Notes: generated by a model from the sequence alone, not told the origin. 64,000 nucleotides of DNA from Patescibacteria group bacterium (GCA_018897195.1 JAHILH010000004.1:19182-83181), one strand, 5' to 3'. Numbered from the stretch's first letter, positions 9,974 through 20,023 are shown. Numbers and translations are program-made.

Positions 9974-11119
9974 TTATTCTTTATCTTCAACTTTTGTAGC
10001 TGTTTTCTTTTCTTCCTCTTTCACCTCAACACTTTCCACACCAATAGCAGCTAAACCTAATCTATGTTCCTTTGGCTCTACGGATACGATTGTGAATTCA
10101 ACCTCCTCGTCAACCTTATATTTATCGTTAACGCGTTGTTTTGGCGCTAAGCCTAATTGGCTAATGTGTGCTAGACCGTGAATATCACTGTCTAATTGTA
10201 CAAACAAACCAAATGGATTAACTTTCAAAACTTTCCCTTTGATAACTTGGCCAATCTTATACTTCTCCGCCACGCCATCCCAAGGATCACGCATTAGTTT
10301 TTTCGCACTCAAGAAAATCTTTGAACCTTCAAGGCTGATTACCTCAGCTTTGATTATATCACCAACGTTGAAAAGTTCACTTGGATTATCAATTCTCTGC
10401 CAAGCTAATTCAGAAATATGGATCAAACCTTCAAGATTTTCACCAAAACTAATAAAGACACCAAAGTCTGTAATTGCAGTGATTGTGCCCTCAACTGGAG
10501 TACCAACACTGTATTGAGAAATAACATCTCTTTGTCTTTCGTTCCAAGCTTCTTTTTCAGAGAAAATAATCTTGTCTTCTTTTTCATTAAAGGTTACTAC
10601 GCGAGCCTCAAAATCACGACCAACATAAGATTTTAATTTTTCTAAAATCTTACTCTTATCACCACCATTGATTCTCGGATAATTTTCTGGTGCCAATTGT
10701 GACACAGGTAAAAATCCAGAAATCTGTCGGTACTTAACCAAAAGACCACCCTTGTTCGCATCAATAATTCTAACTTTAACATTAGATTTATCTTCATATG
10801 CTTGACGCAAGCCAAGCCACGCTTTTTCTTGACCAGCAAAACGGAATGAAAGTTCTAGCTCGCCATTCTCATTTTCACCTTCAATTACAGTTGCTTCAAT
10901 AATGTCGCCCGGTTTCAAATTTGCATAATCTTCATCTTCTTCATAAAGCTCTGGGCCACGCACAACACCAATCAAATAACCATTGATGTCCAATTTTACC
11001 TCCGCTCGAGAAGCAGAAACAACTTCACCTTTAATCAATTCACCAACCTGTGGTGCTGCAAATTCATTTTGGCTCAACATCGCCTCAAAATCATCTTGCA
11101 TTTTTTTGTCGTCAGTCAT
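9974..11119 (-). CDS. rpsA: 30S ribosomal protein S1 (four S1 domains)
   Basis: Repeated S1 motifs (NKGGLLV, TDFGVF..GLIHISEL, PFGLFV..GLAHISQL). Confidence 0.92.
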   Translation of the reverse strand: MTDDKKMQDDFEAMLSQNEFAAPQVGELIKGEVVSASRAEVKLDINGYLIGVVRGPELYEEDEDYANLKPGDIIEATVIEGENENGELELSFRFAGQEKAWLGLRQAYEDKSNVKVRIIDANKGGLLVKYRQISGFLPVSQLAPENYPRINGGDKSKILEKLKSYVGRDFEARVVTFNEKEDKIIFSEKEAWNERQRDVISQYSVGTPVEGTITAITDFGVFISFGENLEGLIHISELAWQRIDNPSELFNVGDIIKAEVISLEGSKIFLSAKKLMRDPWDGVAEKYKIGQVIKGKVLKVNPFGLFVQLDSDIHGLAHISQLGLAPKQRVNDKYKVDEEVEFTIVSVEPKEHRLGLAAIGVESVEVKEEEKKTATKVEDKE

Positions 11120-11326
11120 AAATATATAAACGCTTTTAATTATTGTGTAATTTTAAACAAAAAACTCAAATAAAAAAAGGCATTTTAACCCCTGACACTA
11201 ATAAATGCTCCAGAAGTCCCCTCGCTGCCACATCCAAAGGGTTTTATAAAAGGCAGTATATTTAAATGTAAAATTAGTATATAATAAATTTTAAAACTAG
11301 TCAATAGTTGGCGAAAATTAGACTAC

Positions 11327-11355
11327 TTGACAAATATTCAATAATGGTGTATGAT
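11327..11355 (+). promoter_or_regulatory. Sigma70-type promoter
   Basis: TTGACA-17 nt-TATGAT. Confidence 0.7.
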
Positions 11356-11413
11356 ATATATAGTTCATTAAATAAAAAGAATCTTTACAAACTCATCTCA
11401 AAAGGAGCAGGAT

Positions 11414-11521
11414 ATGAAGAATTCAAAAGCAGTAGGCGCCGATTTCGCAAAGAAAGAGTTCCTGAAAAACCAGGTAATCACTCCCAGGAAGAAATCCGCC
11501 AAAAAAAGCGCGAAAAAATAA
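11414..11521 (+). CDS. Small Lys-rich protein, 35 aa (MKNSKAVGADFAKKEFLKNQVITPRKKSAKKSAKK)
   Basis: Own promoter, AAAGGAG RBS 6 nt before ATG, terminator at 11538-11578; below the ORF-track cutoff. Confidence 0.65.
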   Translation: MKNSKAVGADFAKKEFLKNQVITPRKKSAKKSAKK

Positions 11522-11537
11522 ACCCTCGCGCTACATC

Positions 11538-11578
11538 AACCCGCCACTTACTAAACAAAGTAAGTCGGCGGGTTTTTT
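11538..11578. terminator. Intrinsic terminator
   Basis: AACCCGCC(a)CTTAC...GTAAG(tc)GGCGGGTT followed by a T-tract. Confidence 0.75.
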
Positions 11579-11590
11579 ATTTCTAGGGAA

Positions 11591-12910
11591 TTATATTTTC
11601 AACAAGCCCCTAATCTCCTTATCATTTTTATACGGACCAATCACCGCCATATTCAAACCACCATTCACAAAAATCTCCTGCGCCACTTTCTGAATATCAC
11701 TCGCTTTTACTTTCAAAATTTCTTTCAAATAGTCTTCATGGTTAGAAATATTTTTATCGTCAAATTTTTTCTTTTTCGTGCGACTCACAGTTGATTCCAT
11801 CACCAATTGTCGTGAGTACCAAGTCGCCACGTTGTCTGAGCCTTCCATTTGAATCGCCATGCGACCAACAATCATATCCTTGGCGCGCTTTAATTCTTCA
11901 GCCGTGACCAATTCATTTTTCATCTTGCGATATTCTTGTAAGACAATCTTAATCGCCTCATTCAACTTCGCAGTGGGCACACCGGCGCGCGTTGTCAGAT
12001 AACCACAGTCCGAATAAGTCTCGCCATCCGCGTGCACATAATAAGCGAGGCCATTACGTTCACGCAAGTTAATAAATAAACGTGAGCTCATTGAACCGCC
12101 CAAAATCAAAGACAGCATTTTTAAAATCGCTTTTTTCTTATTGCCATAAGCATAAGTGCGTACTCCCAAAGAAAAATGCGCTTGATCGGTTTTTTTATAT
12201 TCCACCAAACATTGTGGCTTGCTTTGTTTTTCCACGACCGCCACTTTTTCCTGAAAGTCCTCGCCACGCTTGTTTAATTCCGGAGAATTAAAAATACGAG
12301 TCACCTTCGCCACCATCTCTTTGCTATTCTTCAAATTACCAACCACGCAAACTGTAATGTTTTTCGGTGCATATTGCGAATTAAAATAACTGGTAAAATC
12401 TTCACGATTAAATCTCAAGATATTATCTTTAAATCCAATTGTGTCCCAACCCGCTGGTGTATCCTCATACAATACGCGTTCAAAAATATCCTCAATATGC
12501 ATCATTGGATTATCTTCATACATATTATATTCTTCGATAATCACACCCTTCTCCCGATTAATTTCCTCTTCGTCGAATTTTGAATTCAACAACATATCTG
12601 ATAACACATCCAAGGCCTTATCAAATTTCGAACTGTCTGCCTTGATCCAATACCCAGTATACTCTTTGCCGGTAAAAGCATTAAACTCCGCCCCGATGCC
12701 ATCCAACTCTGAAGAAACAGCCAGTGCTGTCGGTCGTTTAGTTGTGCCCTTAAAAAACATATGTTCCAAAAAATGTGAGATACCGCTATTTTTACGATGT
12801 TCATATTTTGAACCGGTTCCGACCATAATTAAAATCGTGGCCGTCTGAGTGCCACGCATTGGTGCGGTTAATAGACGCACGCCGTTTGAAAGTGTTTTTA
12901 ATGTATGCAT
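11591..12910 (-). CDS. M16 family (insulinase/pitrilysin) zinc peptidase
   Basis: HFLEH inverted zinc motif, NAFTGKE, SRLF..LRERNGLAY. Confidence 0.93.
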   Translation of the reverse strand: MHTLKTLSNGVRLLTAPMRGTQTATILIMVGTGSKYEHRKNSGISHFLEHMFFKGTTKRPTALAVSSELDGIGAEFNAFTGKEYTGYWIKADSSKFDKALDVLSDMLLNSKFDEEEINREKGVIIEEYNMYEDNPMMHIEDIFERVLYEDTPAGWDTIGFKDNILRFNREDFTSYFNSQYAPKNITVCVVGNLKNSKEMVAKVTRIFNSPELNKRGEDFQEKVAVVEKQSKPQCLVEYKKTDQAHFSLGVRTYAYGNKKKAILKMLSLILGGSMSSRLFINLRERNGLAYYVHADGETYSDCGYLTTRAGVPTAKLNEAIKIVLQEYRKMKNELVTAEELKRAKDMIVGRMAIQMEGSDNVATWYSRQLVMESTVSRTKKKKFDDKNISNHEDYLKEILKVKASDIQKVAQEIFVNGGLNMAVIGPYKNDKEIRGLLKI

Positions 12911-12914
12911 ATAA

Positions 12915-13016
12915 AGAATTTTTAATTTCAAATTTTGAATTTTGAATCAATTTTTAATTACTTAATTTTTGAAATTTAAAATTTCTCATTCATTCAAAAT
13001 TGAAAATTCAAAATTA
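12915..13016. repeat. AT-rich imperfect heptamer/inverted repeat tract
   Basis: Repeated AATTTTG(AA) units followed by complementary (TT)CAAAATT units. Confidence 0.45.
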
Positions 13017-13020
13017 TATC

Positions 13021-13656
13021 CTACTTAATTTCTTCATGGTCAAGTATCGCCTTTAACACCTTCGAATCCTCCTTTAGTATCTCAATATATTTAACCTGTG
13101 TTTGATAAATTGTCATTGAACCATCTGGGCCATATGACTCTTTACCTCTTTTAACCAAACGTAGACTGCCAGCCTCTTTATTATCGGTAGTAGTTGCCTT
13201 GTTGCTAGCTTGGTCATAATCATAATAAACGTTGGCAATCTCAACCGGATTTTTATCTTTATCAGCAATTAAGCCATAGTACACCTCCCCATTTACCAAG
13301 ACAATAGCCGACCACATCGCTTTTTTCTCTTCACTGACCACGACTGGCTTTTTTCCCCTATGAGAAAAAACAGAAAACAAAATAATTATGACAATCAATC
13401 CCAAAATGACGGCCCCAATCCTCCACAGTAAAGCGTCATAATTTTTACCAGCGCGAATAATCTTATGTAAACTATTTTCACCATCACCCTCTCTATCCCT
13501 AAACATCCATTCAATCGCCTTTGCCTGAACGGTTTCATTGTTGCCGGTCAAGAATTTTTCTGGTCGGCGTGCCTTCCCGTTTTTTGGCAACACAAAAGCG
13601 GCCTGCTTATTAGACTGGTCTTTTAGATTAACAATCTTCTGAAACTGTTCTAGCAT
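13021..13656 (-). CDS. Hypothetical single-pass membrane protein
   Basis: One TM helix followed by a WSAIVLVNGEVYYG...LVKRGKE.YGPDG domain. Confidence 0.75.
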   Translation of the reverse strand: MLEQFQKIVNLKDQSNKQAAFVLPKNGKARRPEKFLTGNNETVQAKAIEWMFRDREGDGENSLHKIIRAGKNYDALLWRIGAVILGLIVIIILFSVFSHRGKKPVVVSEEKKAMWSAIVLVNGEVYYGLIADKDKNPVEIANVYYDYDQASNKATTTDNKEAGSLRLVKRGKESYGPDGSMTIYQTQVKYIEILKEDSKVLKAILDHEEIK

Positions 13657-13668
13657 AAAATTTTTATT

Positions 13669-13746
13669 TTATTGCATTTTACCATAAACCCAAACAGCTA
13701 ATAAGCCGCCAACGATTAAGAGGAAAAAAACTGGAAACAAACCCAT
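13669..13746 (-). CDS. Putative 25-aa membrane peptide (MGLFPVFFLLIVGGLLAVWVYGKMQ)
   Basis: Fills the gap between smc and the next gene on the same strand; one clean TM helix. Confidence 0.4.
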   Translation of the reverse strand: MGLFPVFFLLIVGGLLAVWVYGKMQ

Positions 13747-13772
13747 ATATTTTATTTTAATATTTAAACAAA

Positions 13773-16490
13773 CTAATATCTTGCTTTATTGACAACATCG
13801 TCAATCTTCACGCTTAACAACTTCGACACGCCGTCATCACCCATAGTCACTCCATACAAAACACTCGCTCTCTTCATTGAAGCACGATTATGCGTAATAA
13901 CAATAAACTGTGTCTTGTCTGCCAAGTCATCCAAAATTTTTGCCAAGCGTTCTGAGTTGGCCTCATCCAAGGCCGCATCCACTTCATCCAAGAAAACAAA
14001 GGGTGAGGGGTTGTTGCTGATAATCGCACTAATCAAAGCAATAGCGGTCAAAGCTTTTTCACCACCAGACAACATTGAGACAGAGCTAATCTTTTTTCCC
14101 GGTGGACAAGCATTTATTTCAATGCCAGCTAATCCGGTAGAATTATGCTTTTGTAAAAATTTAATTTTCTGCGGATCTGCAAAGCCAGCTGATACACCAC
14201 TCACATTTTTAACCTTCTCTTTTTTGACGGCAACCTCAACACCATCTTCGTTAAGCTCGGTCTGTACTTCATCAACTACGCTCTTCTCCTCAAAATCTTC
14301 AATCACCTTCTCAATCTTGGCCGTGCCTCCATTAAACAATATCTTAAAATATTCCTCAAACTTTTTTGCAATCAAATTAAACTCACGATCAAACTTCTCT
14401 TTAATCGTCTTATCCAACTCGATTATAATTTTTTCCAAAGAATCAATTGCCTTATCCAAATCATCAGCCTGCTCTTTTAAATAATCATAGCGATCCTTGG
14501 TCTCTTTGTATTCATCTTCGATTTGCGGATCAATACCACCAATCGTTTCTAATTGTTTTTTAATTTGATTAATCTTTTCCTTTAAAACATTCTCACTCAT
14601 TGCCTGATCCAAGTGCGTGCCATCCTTAATCTCCTTCAAGCCCTGCAGCTCATCGCGAATTTCGGCCTCCAAGCTTTCCAAGCGTGTTTCAAAACGCGCC
14701 GCTTGGATACTCGTCTCGTTCAAACGCGCTCCCAGGGAATTAATTTCCATTTGTGCTTCATGAATGTCTTTTTGCAAAGCCAAAAGTTTCTTACGCTTCT
14801 CTTCTTCTTCACGGCTAATCTTGCCAATCCGATTTTTTAAGGCCAAAACCGTCTCTTCAATTTTATCAATGTTCACTCGCAATTTATCCTGTTCTTCTTT
14901 CACGCCCTCAAAATCAAAATGTTCGGAGTTCTGTTTAATTTTAGACTCAACCATCTTTAATTCACTCTCCATTGATCCCACCTTTTCTTTCAATAATTTA
15001 ACGCGCTCCGTGCGTGCTCCAATGCGTAAATTGTTTTCGTTGATACGCACAATAATCGCTTCCTTTTCGTCAATCAAGTTTTGTAAATCCAAATGTGCTG
15101 CTTGCCAATTTTCATTAACCGAAGCAGTTTCTTGAATATGGTTTTGCGATTTACCCCTTGATTCATTAAAAATCTCTTCCACTTCTTGATAAATCTCTGC
15201 CAAAATCTCGCGGATCACTGTCAACTCATTCAACTCCTTGGCTACGTTTAATTTTTTCAAAACCTCATCAAAACGCTCATTTAAGCTAATAATGTGCTTC
15301 GGCGGTGTTTGCTGATTACTGCGACCGACTTCAATGATAATTTTATTTTGTTCCTTAATTTTTTCTTCTTGTTTTTTTAATTCCAAATACAACTCCTCAC
15401 CCTGTCCAGTGTCATGGCTCACACTATTGCCCAACGAAATCATTTCCTCATTTACCACTTTTAGCTCCTTCGCAATCTCTTCTTTCTTGGTCAACAAAAA
15501 TGACAAATCAAATTTACCCGCCGCTTCCAATCTGACCTCCAATTGCGCATTCACGCGCGCTAGTTCGCGTTCCAAATTCCCTTTTACCGACATCTCCTTA
15601 TTCAAGTCGCGCTGTAATTGCTCATACTCATTCTCTTCATTCGTTACTGCCTCAAATTTTTCCAACTCCTTGTTCAAAGAGTTTAGTTTATTATCCTTGT
15701 CCTGTTTAATATTTTCCAATTCTAAAAAGGCTTGATTATATTCTCTCAACTTATCATTATTCGCATGCCACAAATTACTGTAATGCACCAATTGTAAAGC
15801 CCGCAATTCTTTTTCCAAGTCACCGCGCTTGCGTAGTTTATTCACCTGTCGTGTTAGACTAGCCAAGCGTGGCTCAATCTCCGCCAACAACATCTGCGCC
15901 TGCACAAGATTATCATAACTCGAACGCAATTTATTCAAAGAGGCATCACGCTTAATCTGATATTGCTTCACGCCTGTTGCTTCATCAAAAAACTCCTTGC
16001 GATCAGCAAGAGAACTATTTAAAAAACCATCAACGGTTCCCTGTCCTACAACACTATAAGTCTTCTGCCCGACGTTCGCCTTCGCCAACAACATCTGCAC
16101 GTCCAACAAACGAACTTTAGTATTATTCAATAAATATTCACTATTACCGTCCCGATAAATCCGGCGTGTAATCACCAGATTGGTATAATCAATCGGCGCT
16201 TTCTTCTCACTGTTATTCAAAAATAAAGAAACCTCGGCCATGCCCAGTTGTCCTTTTTTCTCAGTACCAGCAAAAATCACATCCTCCGCCTTCTTCCCGC
16301 GCAATGATTTCAAACTCTGCTCACCCAACACCCAACGCACCGCATCGGAAATATTGGACTTGCCCGAACCATTCGGCCCGACGATCCCCGTCAAACCCTG
16401 CTTCGCATCCGGCAACATCCCCGGAAACGCCAAAACCGTCTTCTGAGCAAAAGACTTAAATCCGTGAATCTCTAATTTTTCTAAATACAT
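13773..16490 (-). CDS. smc: SMC-family chromosome segregation ATPase, short form
   Basis: GFKSF, GPNGSGKSN, LSGGEK, FLDEVDAALD, ITHN; long coiled coils; no recognisable hinge. Confidence 0.9.
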   Translation of the reverse strand: MYLEKLEIHGFKSFAQKTVLAFPGMLPDAKQGLTGIVGPNGSGKSNISDAVRWVLGEQSLKSLRGKKAEDVIFAGTEKKGQLGMAEVSLFLNNSEKKAPIDYTNLVITRRIYRDGNSEYLLNNTKVRLLDVQMLLAKANVGQKTYSVVGQGTVDGFLNSSLADRKEFFDEATGVKQYQIKRDASLNKLRSSYDNLVQAQMLLAEIEPRLASLTRQVNKLRKRGDLEKELRALQLVHYSNLWHANNDKLREYNQAFLELENIKQDKDNKLNSLNKELEKFEAVTNEENEYEQLQRDLNKEMSVKGNLERELARVNAQLEVRLEAAGKFDLSFLLTKKEEIAKELKVVNEEMISLGNSVSHDTGQGEELYLELKKQEEKIKEQNKIIIEVGRSNQQTPPKHIISLNERFDEVLKKLNVAKELNELTVIREILAEIYQEVEEIFNESRGKSQNHIQETASVNENWQAAHLDLQNLIDEKEAIIVRINENNLRIGARTERVKLLKEKVGSMESELKMVESKIKQNSEHFDFEGVKEEQDKLRVNIDKIEETVLALKNRIGKISREEEEKRKKLLALQKDIHEAQMEINSLGARLNETSIQAARFETRLESLEAEIRDELQGLKEIKDGTHLDQAMSENVLKEKINQIKKQLETIGGIDPQIEDEYKETKDRYDYLKEQADDLDKAIDSLEKIIIELDKTIKEKFDREFNLIAKKFEEYFKILFNGGTAKIEKVIEDFEEKSVVDEVQTELNEDGVEVAVKKEKVKNVSGVSAGFADPQKIKFLQKHNSTGLAGIEINACPPGKKISSVSMLSGGEKALTAIALISAIISNNPSPFVFLDEVDAALDEANSERLAKILDDLADKTQFIVITHNRASMKRASVLYGVTMGDDGVSKLLSVKIDDVVNKARY

Positions 16491-16612
16491 ATAAAAAATG
16501 AAAAAACAACCATTTTTAGTTGTCTAGTTATCTAGTTTTCAGCTGTTTACATTATACAATGTTTTCCAAAAATATAAAAGCCTCAGGTTTTAATCTAAGG
16601 CTTTGAAAATTT

Positions 16613-17953
16613 TTATAAATATTTAACCGCGACAGTGGCCAAATCACTCCTTTCACTTTTTAACAGAGAAACATGTCCATGTATTTTATGTCCGCGCAAT
16701 TTTCTAACCACATGAGAAAGTCCATTACTAGAAGCATCGAGCTCAAGACAATCAATTTGATCGGTATCTCCGGTTAAAACAAATTTTGTGCCCTCCCCAG
16801 CACGTGAAATAACTGTTTTTATTTCATGAGGTGTTAAATTTTGCGTCTCATCAACAATAATAAATTGCCTTCGGATAGACCGCCCGCGAATAAAAGATAA
16901 AACCTCAAGACTAATAACTGTTTTAAGTAGACGCTCTACTTGTGCCTCAATTGTCCCTTTTTCATAAGGGATACCTTTTTTATTTTTTTCACTAACAATG
17001 GCTTGCAGATTGTCATAAATGGGTTTCATCCATGGCAAAATTTTCTCATCCTTGCTTCCGGGCAAATAGCCAATGTCTTTGCCAACTGGCATGACTGCCC
17101 GCCAGACAATAATACCGTCATAGAGCTTATTGGGTCCGGATAATTCCAAACCAGCAATTAGCGCCAAGAACGTTTTACCAGTTCCAGCTGGACCAGCCAT
17201 TGTCATTACCTGAACGGCAGGATCAGTTAGCAAGTCAAAACAATATTTCTGCTCCTGATTTCTAGGCTTTATGCCATACAAATCTCTTATTTCTGGCATT
17301 TTAACCAATGCACCATTCTTTTTTCGCATTAAAACCTTCATCTCGAGCGAACGACAGTCCATTTCTAGAAATTCATTCGCCTGAAGATTTGGCAACTTAG
17401 CCTCATTCGTCTCACCCGCCAAAACTGCACCAAAAAGATTCTCGCTCACGGTTACCCTTTCAATACCATCGTGCTGATCAACAATTTTACTTTTGTCACC
17501 TTCGAAATCTTGAGCAAGAATACCATAGCTATTCGCTTTAAGTCTCAAATTTATATCCTTAGAGACCAAAATGACTTTTTTTCCTTTTCTTCTGTTGCCC
17601 CTCTTGGTAAAAGAAAGATTATAGGCCACCGCCAAGATTCTATGCTTCGGGTCATCAAAATCAACGCCCATGGGCGCGGCATTAATAACATTTTTACGAT
17701 TAACCTCAATTCTTATTGACCCACCTCCTGGAGTTTTAACACCCTTTTTAAAGCTTCCTTTTTTCGTGATTAATTTATTAAGAAACCTCATCACCTTTCT
17801 AACGTTGTAGTTTTCTTGCTCTGAGCCATCCTTGTATGCATTTAAACCTTCAATTACGGATATCGGCACAACAATGTCATTATCCTCGAAATACCCAAAC
17901 ACATCTGGACAATGACGTAAAACACCGCCGTCCAAAATATAAATTTTGACCAT
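16613..17953 (-). CDS. PhoH family ATPase with N-terminal PIN domain
   Basis: PIN-like N-terminus (LVSKDINLR), GPAGTGKT, FIRGRS, DETQNLT, GDTDQID. Confidence 0.9.
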   Translation of the reverse strand: MVKIYILDGGVLRHCPDVFGYFEDNDIVVPISVIEGLNAYKDGSEQENYNVRKVMRFLNKLITKKGSFKKGVKTPGGGSIRIEVNRKNVINAAPMGVDFDDPKHRILAVAYNLSFTKRGNRRKGKKVILVSKDINLRLKANSYGILAQDFEGDKSKIVDQHDGIERVTVSENLFGAVLAGETNEAKLPNLQANEFLEMDCRSLEMKVLMRKKNGALVKMPEIRDLYGIKPRNQEQKYCFDLLTDPAVQVMTMAGPAGTGKTFLALIAGLELSGPNKLYDGIIVWRAVMPVGKDIGYLPGSKDEKILPWMKPIYDNLQAIVSEKNKKGIPYEKGTIEAQVERLLKTVISLEVLSFIRGRSIRRQFIIVDETQNLTPHEIKTVISRAGEGTKFVLTGDTDQIDCLELDASSNGLSHVVRKLRGHKIHGHVSLLKSERSDLATVAVKYL

Positions 17954-18454
17954 TTTGTCTCCTTTTTAATACACAAGGATTAAAAAGTTTTGGATTAATA
18001 ACAACTTGATTATCACCTCTTTTGGTTAAATTTTATTTCAAAGAACGGCTATTTTAACTACCTAAAAATTAGCACAACCCTCTGAAATGTCAATCAGTCG
18101 CACCGGACTAATTTTCTTCAATTTTCTAATCAAAAACACCGCCTATAAAGAGTTCAGCGGTGTTTTTGTTTTTTATCCCCATGCTCACTCCGCCGCTTGA
18201 AGCGACAAAGTAAGAAAGAGAGCTGTGTCCGTTTTGGTTATTTTTTTTATTTGCGCCAAAAAGGACACAGCTTGTGATAGTGATAACTGATGGAAGGCTC
18301 TGATGTTTAGAGACTAAATATTAGATCTTTCGATCAGTATTTTTTGAAAAGAACGTTTGTATTAATGCTAATACATAGCATTTTTTATCTTGTAAAAATA
18401 CAAGAATGAAAAATAAATTTCTTTATTTCTTATTTTTATATTCTTAAACTAAAA

Positions 18455-18757
18455 TTAACAACTAAAAAAAGGCGAACTGCTAATACTATGCAATCCCCCT
18501 TGTAAATATTCGCTTTTTGCCTCCAATCGATAAATAGTTCTAACACCGGCATTTCTAGTCTGTTCAAATGACTTGTTTACCAAGTTCAAAATAACCGCCG
18601 TTGAAAAGACAACAAAAAAAGCAATGGACAAACTAAGTGCAAGTCCAGCCCAGCTGAACTCCTGCTCCATTGCTTTCTTTTTTATTGTGTTGTAATACTT
18701 CCAACCAACATGGTTTAAATTAAAACCACTGGTTTTCAGTGTAATTGGATGTGTCAT
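18455..18757 (-). CDS. Hypothetical membrane protein (start uncertain)
   Basis: ORF with one TM helix. Confidence 0.4.
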   Translation of the reverse strand: MTHPITLKTSGFNLNHVGWKYYNTIKKKAMEQEFSWAGLALSLSIAFFVVFSTAVILNLVNKSFEQTRNAGVRTIYRLEAKSEYLQGGLHSISSSPFFSC

Positions 18758-18969
18758 TTTTGATTTTTTTATTTTTGTTTTTATTTTGGGGACATTTATT
18801 TTTAATGTCTATAAGTAGTATAGCAAATATTAGCAAAAGTGTCAATGTGGATAACTTCGCCATGACAATGCTGCCATCTTTTCCAATTTCAAATCTGAGG
18901 CAAATTTATTTTTATTTAAAAAAATCCCCCTATTCTTGCGCAAATAGGGGGACACATTTATTTTTCAAC

Positions 18970-19572
18970 TTACTTCTCTCTTCGTAAAGCCTCCAGGTGA
19001 GCAGCTTTTGCCAAGTTTTCTTGGCTAAAAAAATTATCGCAAAACTTAATCAAAATCTTTTTTGCCCGCCTTTGTCTTCTTTTTCGTAAGGTTTTAACAT
19101 ATCCAGAAACTGCCAAAATCAACGAACCATAACCAATAAGCATTTCTTCCACCATAACTTGGACCGAGTAAACCAATATTCTGTTCTCATAAATCTTCAC
19201 ATCTACCCTTTCCGCTGATTTAGGCGGGTACGTTCCATTGGGAATTTGCTGAGCAACAACCATTATCTGTCTTGCCTCACTTAATAATCGAGACCACCAA
19301 GACTGTTCATCAATAAAAAAAAGTTGCAACTTGGGGATGTAATCTCGGACAGGATAAATACTTCTAGGCAAGCAATTACCCTCTTCGTTTTTTTTAGCCT
19401 CCTCAATTAAATCGGGGGCCATGTCTTCAAGAACAATCATTAAATCCTGATCACTCAAAACCAAATTCGCAGTGCTGAACTTCTTAAGCTGCAACATAAT
19501 CTCCTGATATTTTCTCGCTGACACTTGACGCTCCAGTAAAAATTTTTCAACAAAATCAATAGAGGCCGGCAT
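18970..19572 (-). CDS. Hypothetical protein
   Basis: AAGGAG RBS, TTGACT-17-CATAAT promoter upstream, terminator-like hairpin downstream. Confidence 0.65.
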   Translation of the reverse strand: MPASIDFVEKFLLERQVSARKYQEIMLQLKKFSTANLVLSDQDLMIVLEDMAPDLIEEAKKNEEGNCLPRSIYPVRDYIPKLQLFFIDEQSWWSRLLSEARQIMVVAQQIPNGTYPPKSAERVDVKIYENRILVYSVQVMVEEMLIGYGSLILAVSGYVKTLRKRRQRRAKKILIKFCDNFFSQENLAKAAHLEALRREK

Positions 19573-19697
19573 ATGCTTTCTCCTTTTATAAAGAACTGAA
19601 TTTATAAAATAATTATTATTTTAATGAGTCTATTATGTCTTAAATACTATAAAAAGTCAACAGCGTCTCCATTAAATATGAAAATAAAATTAGAATC

Positions 19698-19737
19698 AAA
19701 ATAAAAGAGCCTCGAATATTCGAGGCTCTTTTATTTT
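19698..19737. terminator. Terminator of the 16S-tRNA operon
   Basis: Perfect palindrome AAAATAAAAGAGCCTCGAATATTCGAGGCTCTTTTATTTT immediately after tRNA-Gly. Confidence 0.85.
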
Positions 19738-19738
19738 G

Positions 19739-19810
19739 AGCGGGTAAGGGGAATCGAACCCCTATCTTCGGCTTGGAAGGCCAACATATTAGCCTTTATA
19801 CTATACCCGC
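19739..19810 (-). tRNA. tRNA-Gly(TCC)
   Basis: Cloverleaf GCGGGTA...TTGGC-CTTCCAA-GCCGA...GGTTCGATT...TACCCGC. Confidence 0.93.
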
Positions 19811-19831
19811 CTGTATTCTGCGGTACTCTTG

Positions 19832-19903
19832 TCGGGGTGCTGGGAGTCGAACCCAGCCCACATGGTCCCAAACCATGCGTACGAGCCGATATACTACACC
19901 CCG
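19832..19903 (-). tRNA. tRNA-Pro(TGG)
   Basis: CGGGGTG...CATGG-TTTGGGA-CCATG...GGTTCGACT...CACCCCG. Confidence 0.93.
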
Positions 19904-19934
19904 GAAAACAGCAAACTAAGTTTGCTGTTTATAG

Positions 19935-20007
19935 TTGCGGGAGTTGGATTTGAACCAACGACCTCCAGGTTATGGGCCTGGCGAGCTGCCAACTGCTCTA
20001 TCCCGCT
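19935..20007 (-). tRNA. tRNA-Met(CAT), initiator-like
   Basis: AGCGGGA...CCAGG-CCCATAA-CCTGG...GGTTCAAATCC...TCCCGCA-A; 1:72 mismatch and fMet-like body. Confidence 0.9.
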
Positions 20008-20023
20008 ATGTATTTAATTCGAG

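Noticed and set aside
11308..11586. 92-aa ORF from the track
   Set aside because: It starts upstream of the promoter and runs through the terminator. The 35-aa ORF in another frame has the RBS.
13789..15735. Long antisense ORFs opposite smc (and similar ones opposite other genes)
   Set aside because: Ser/Phe/Leu-rich mirror translations of Glu/Lys-rich coding strands, with no motifs.
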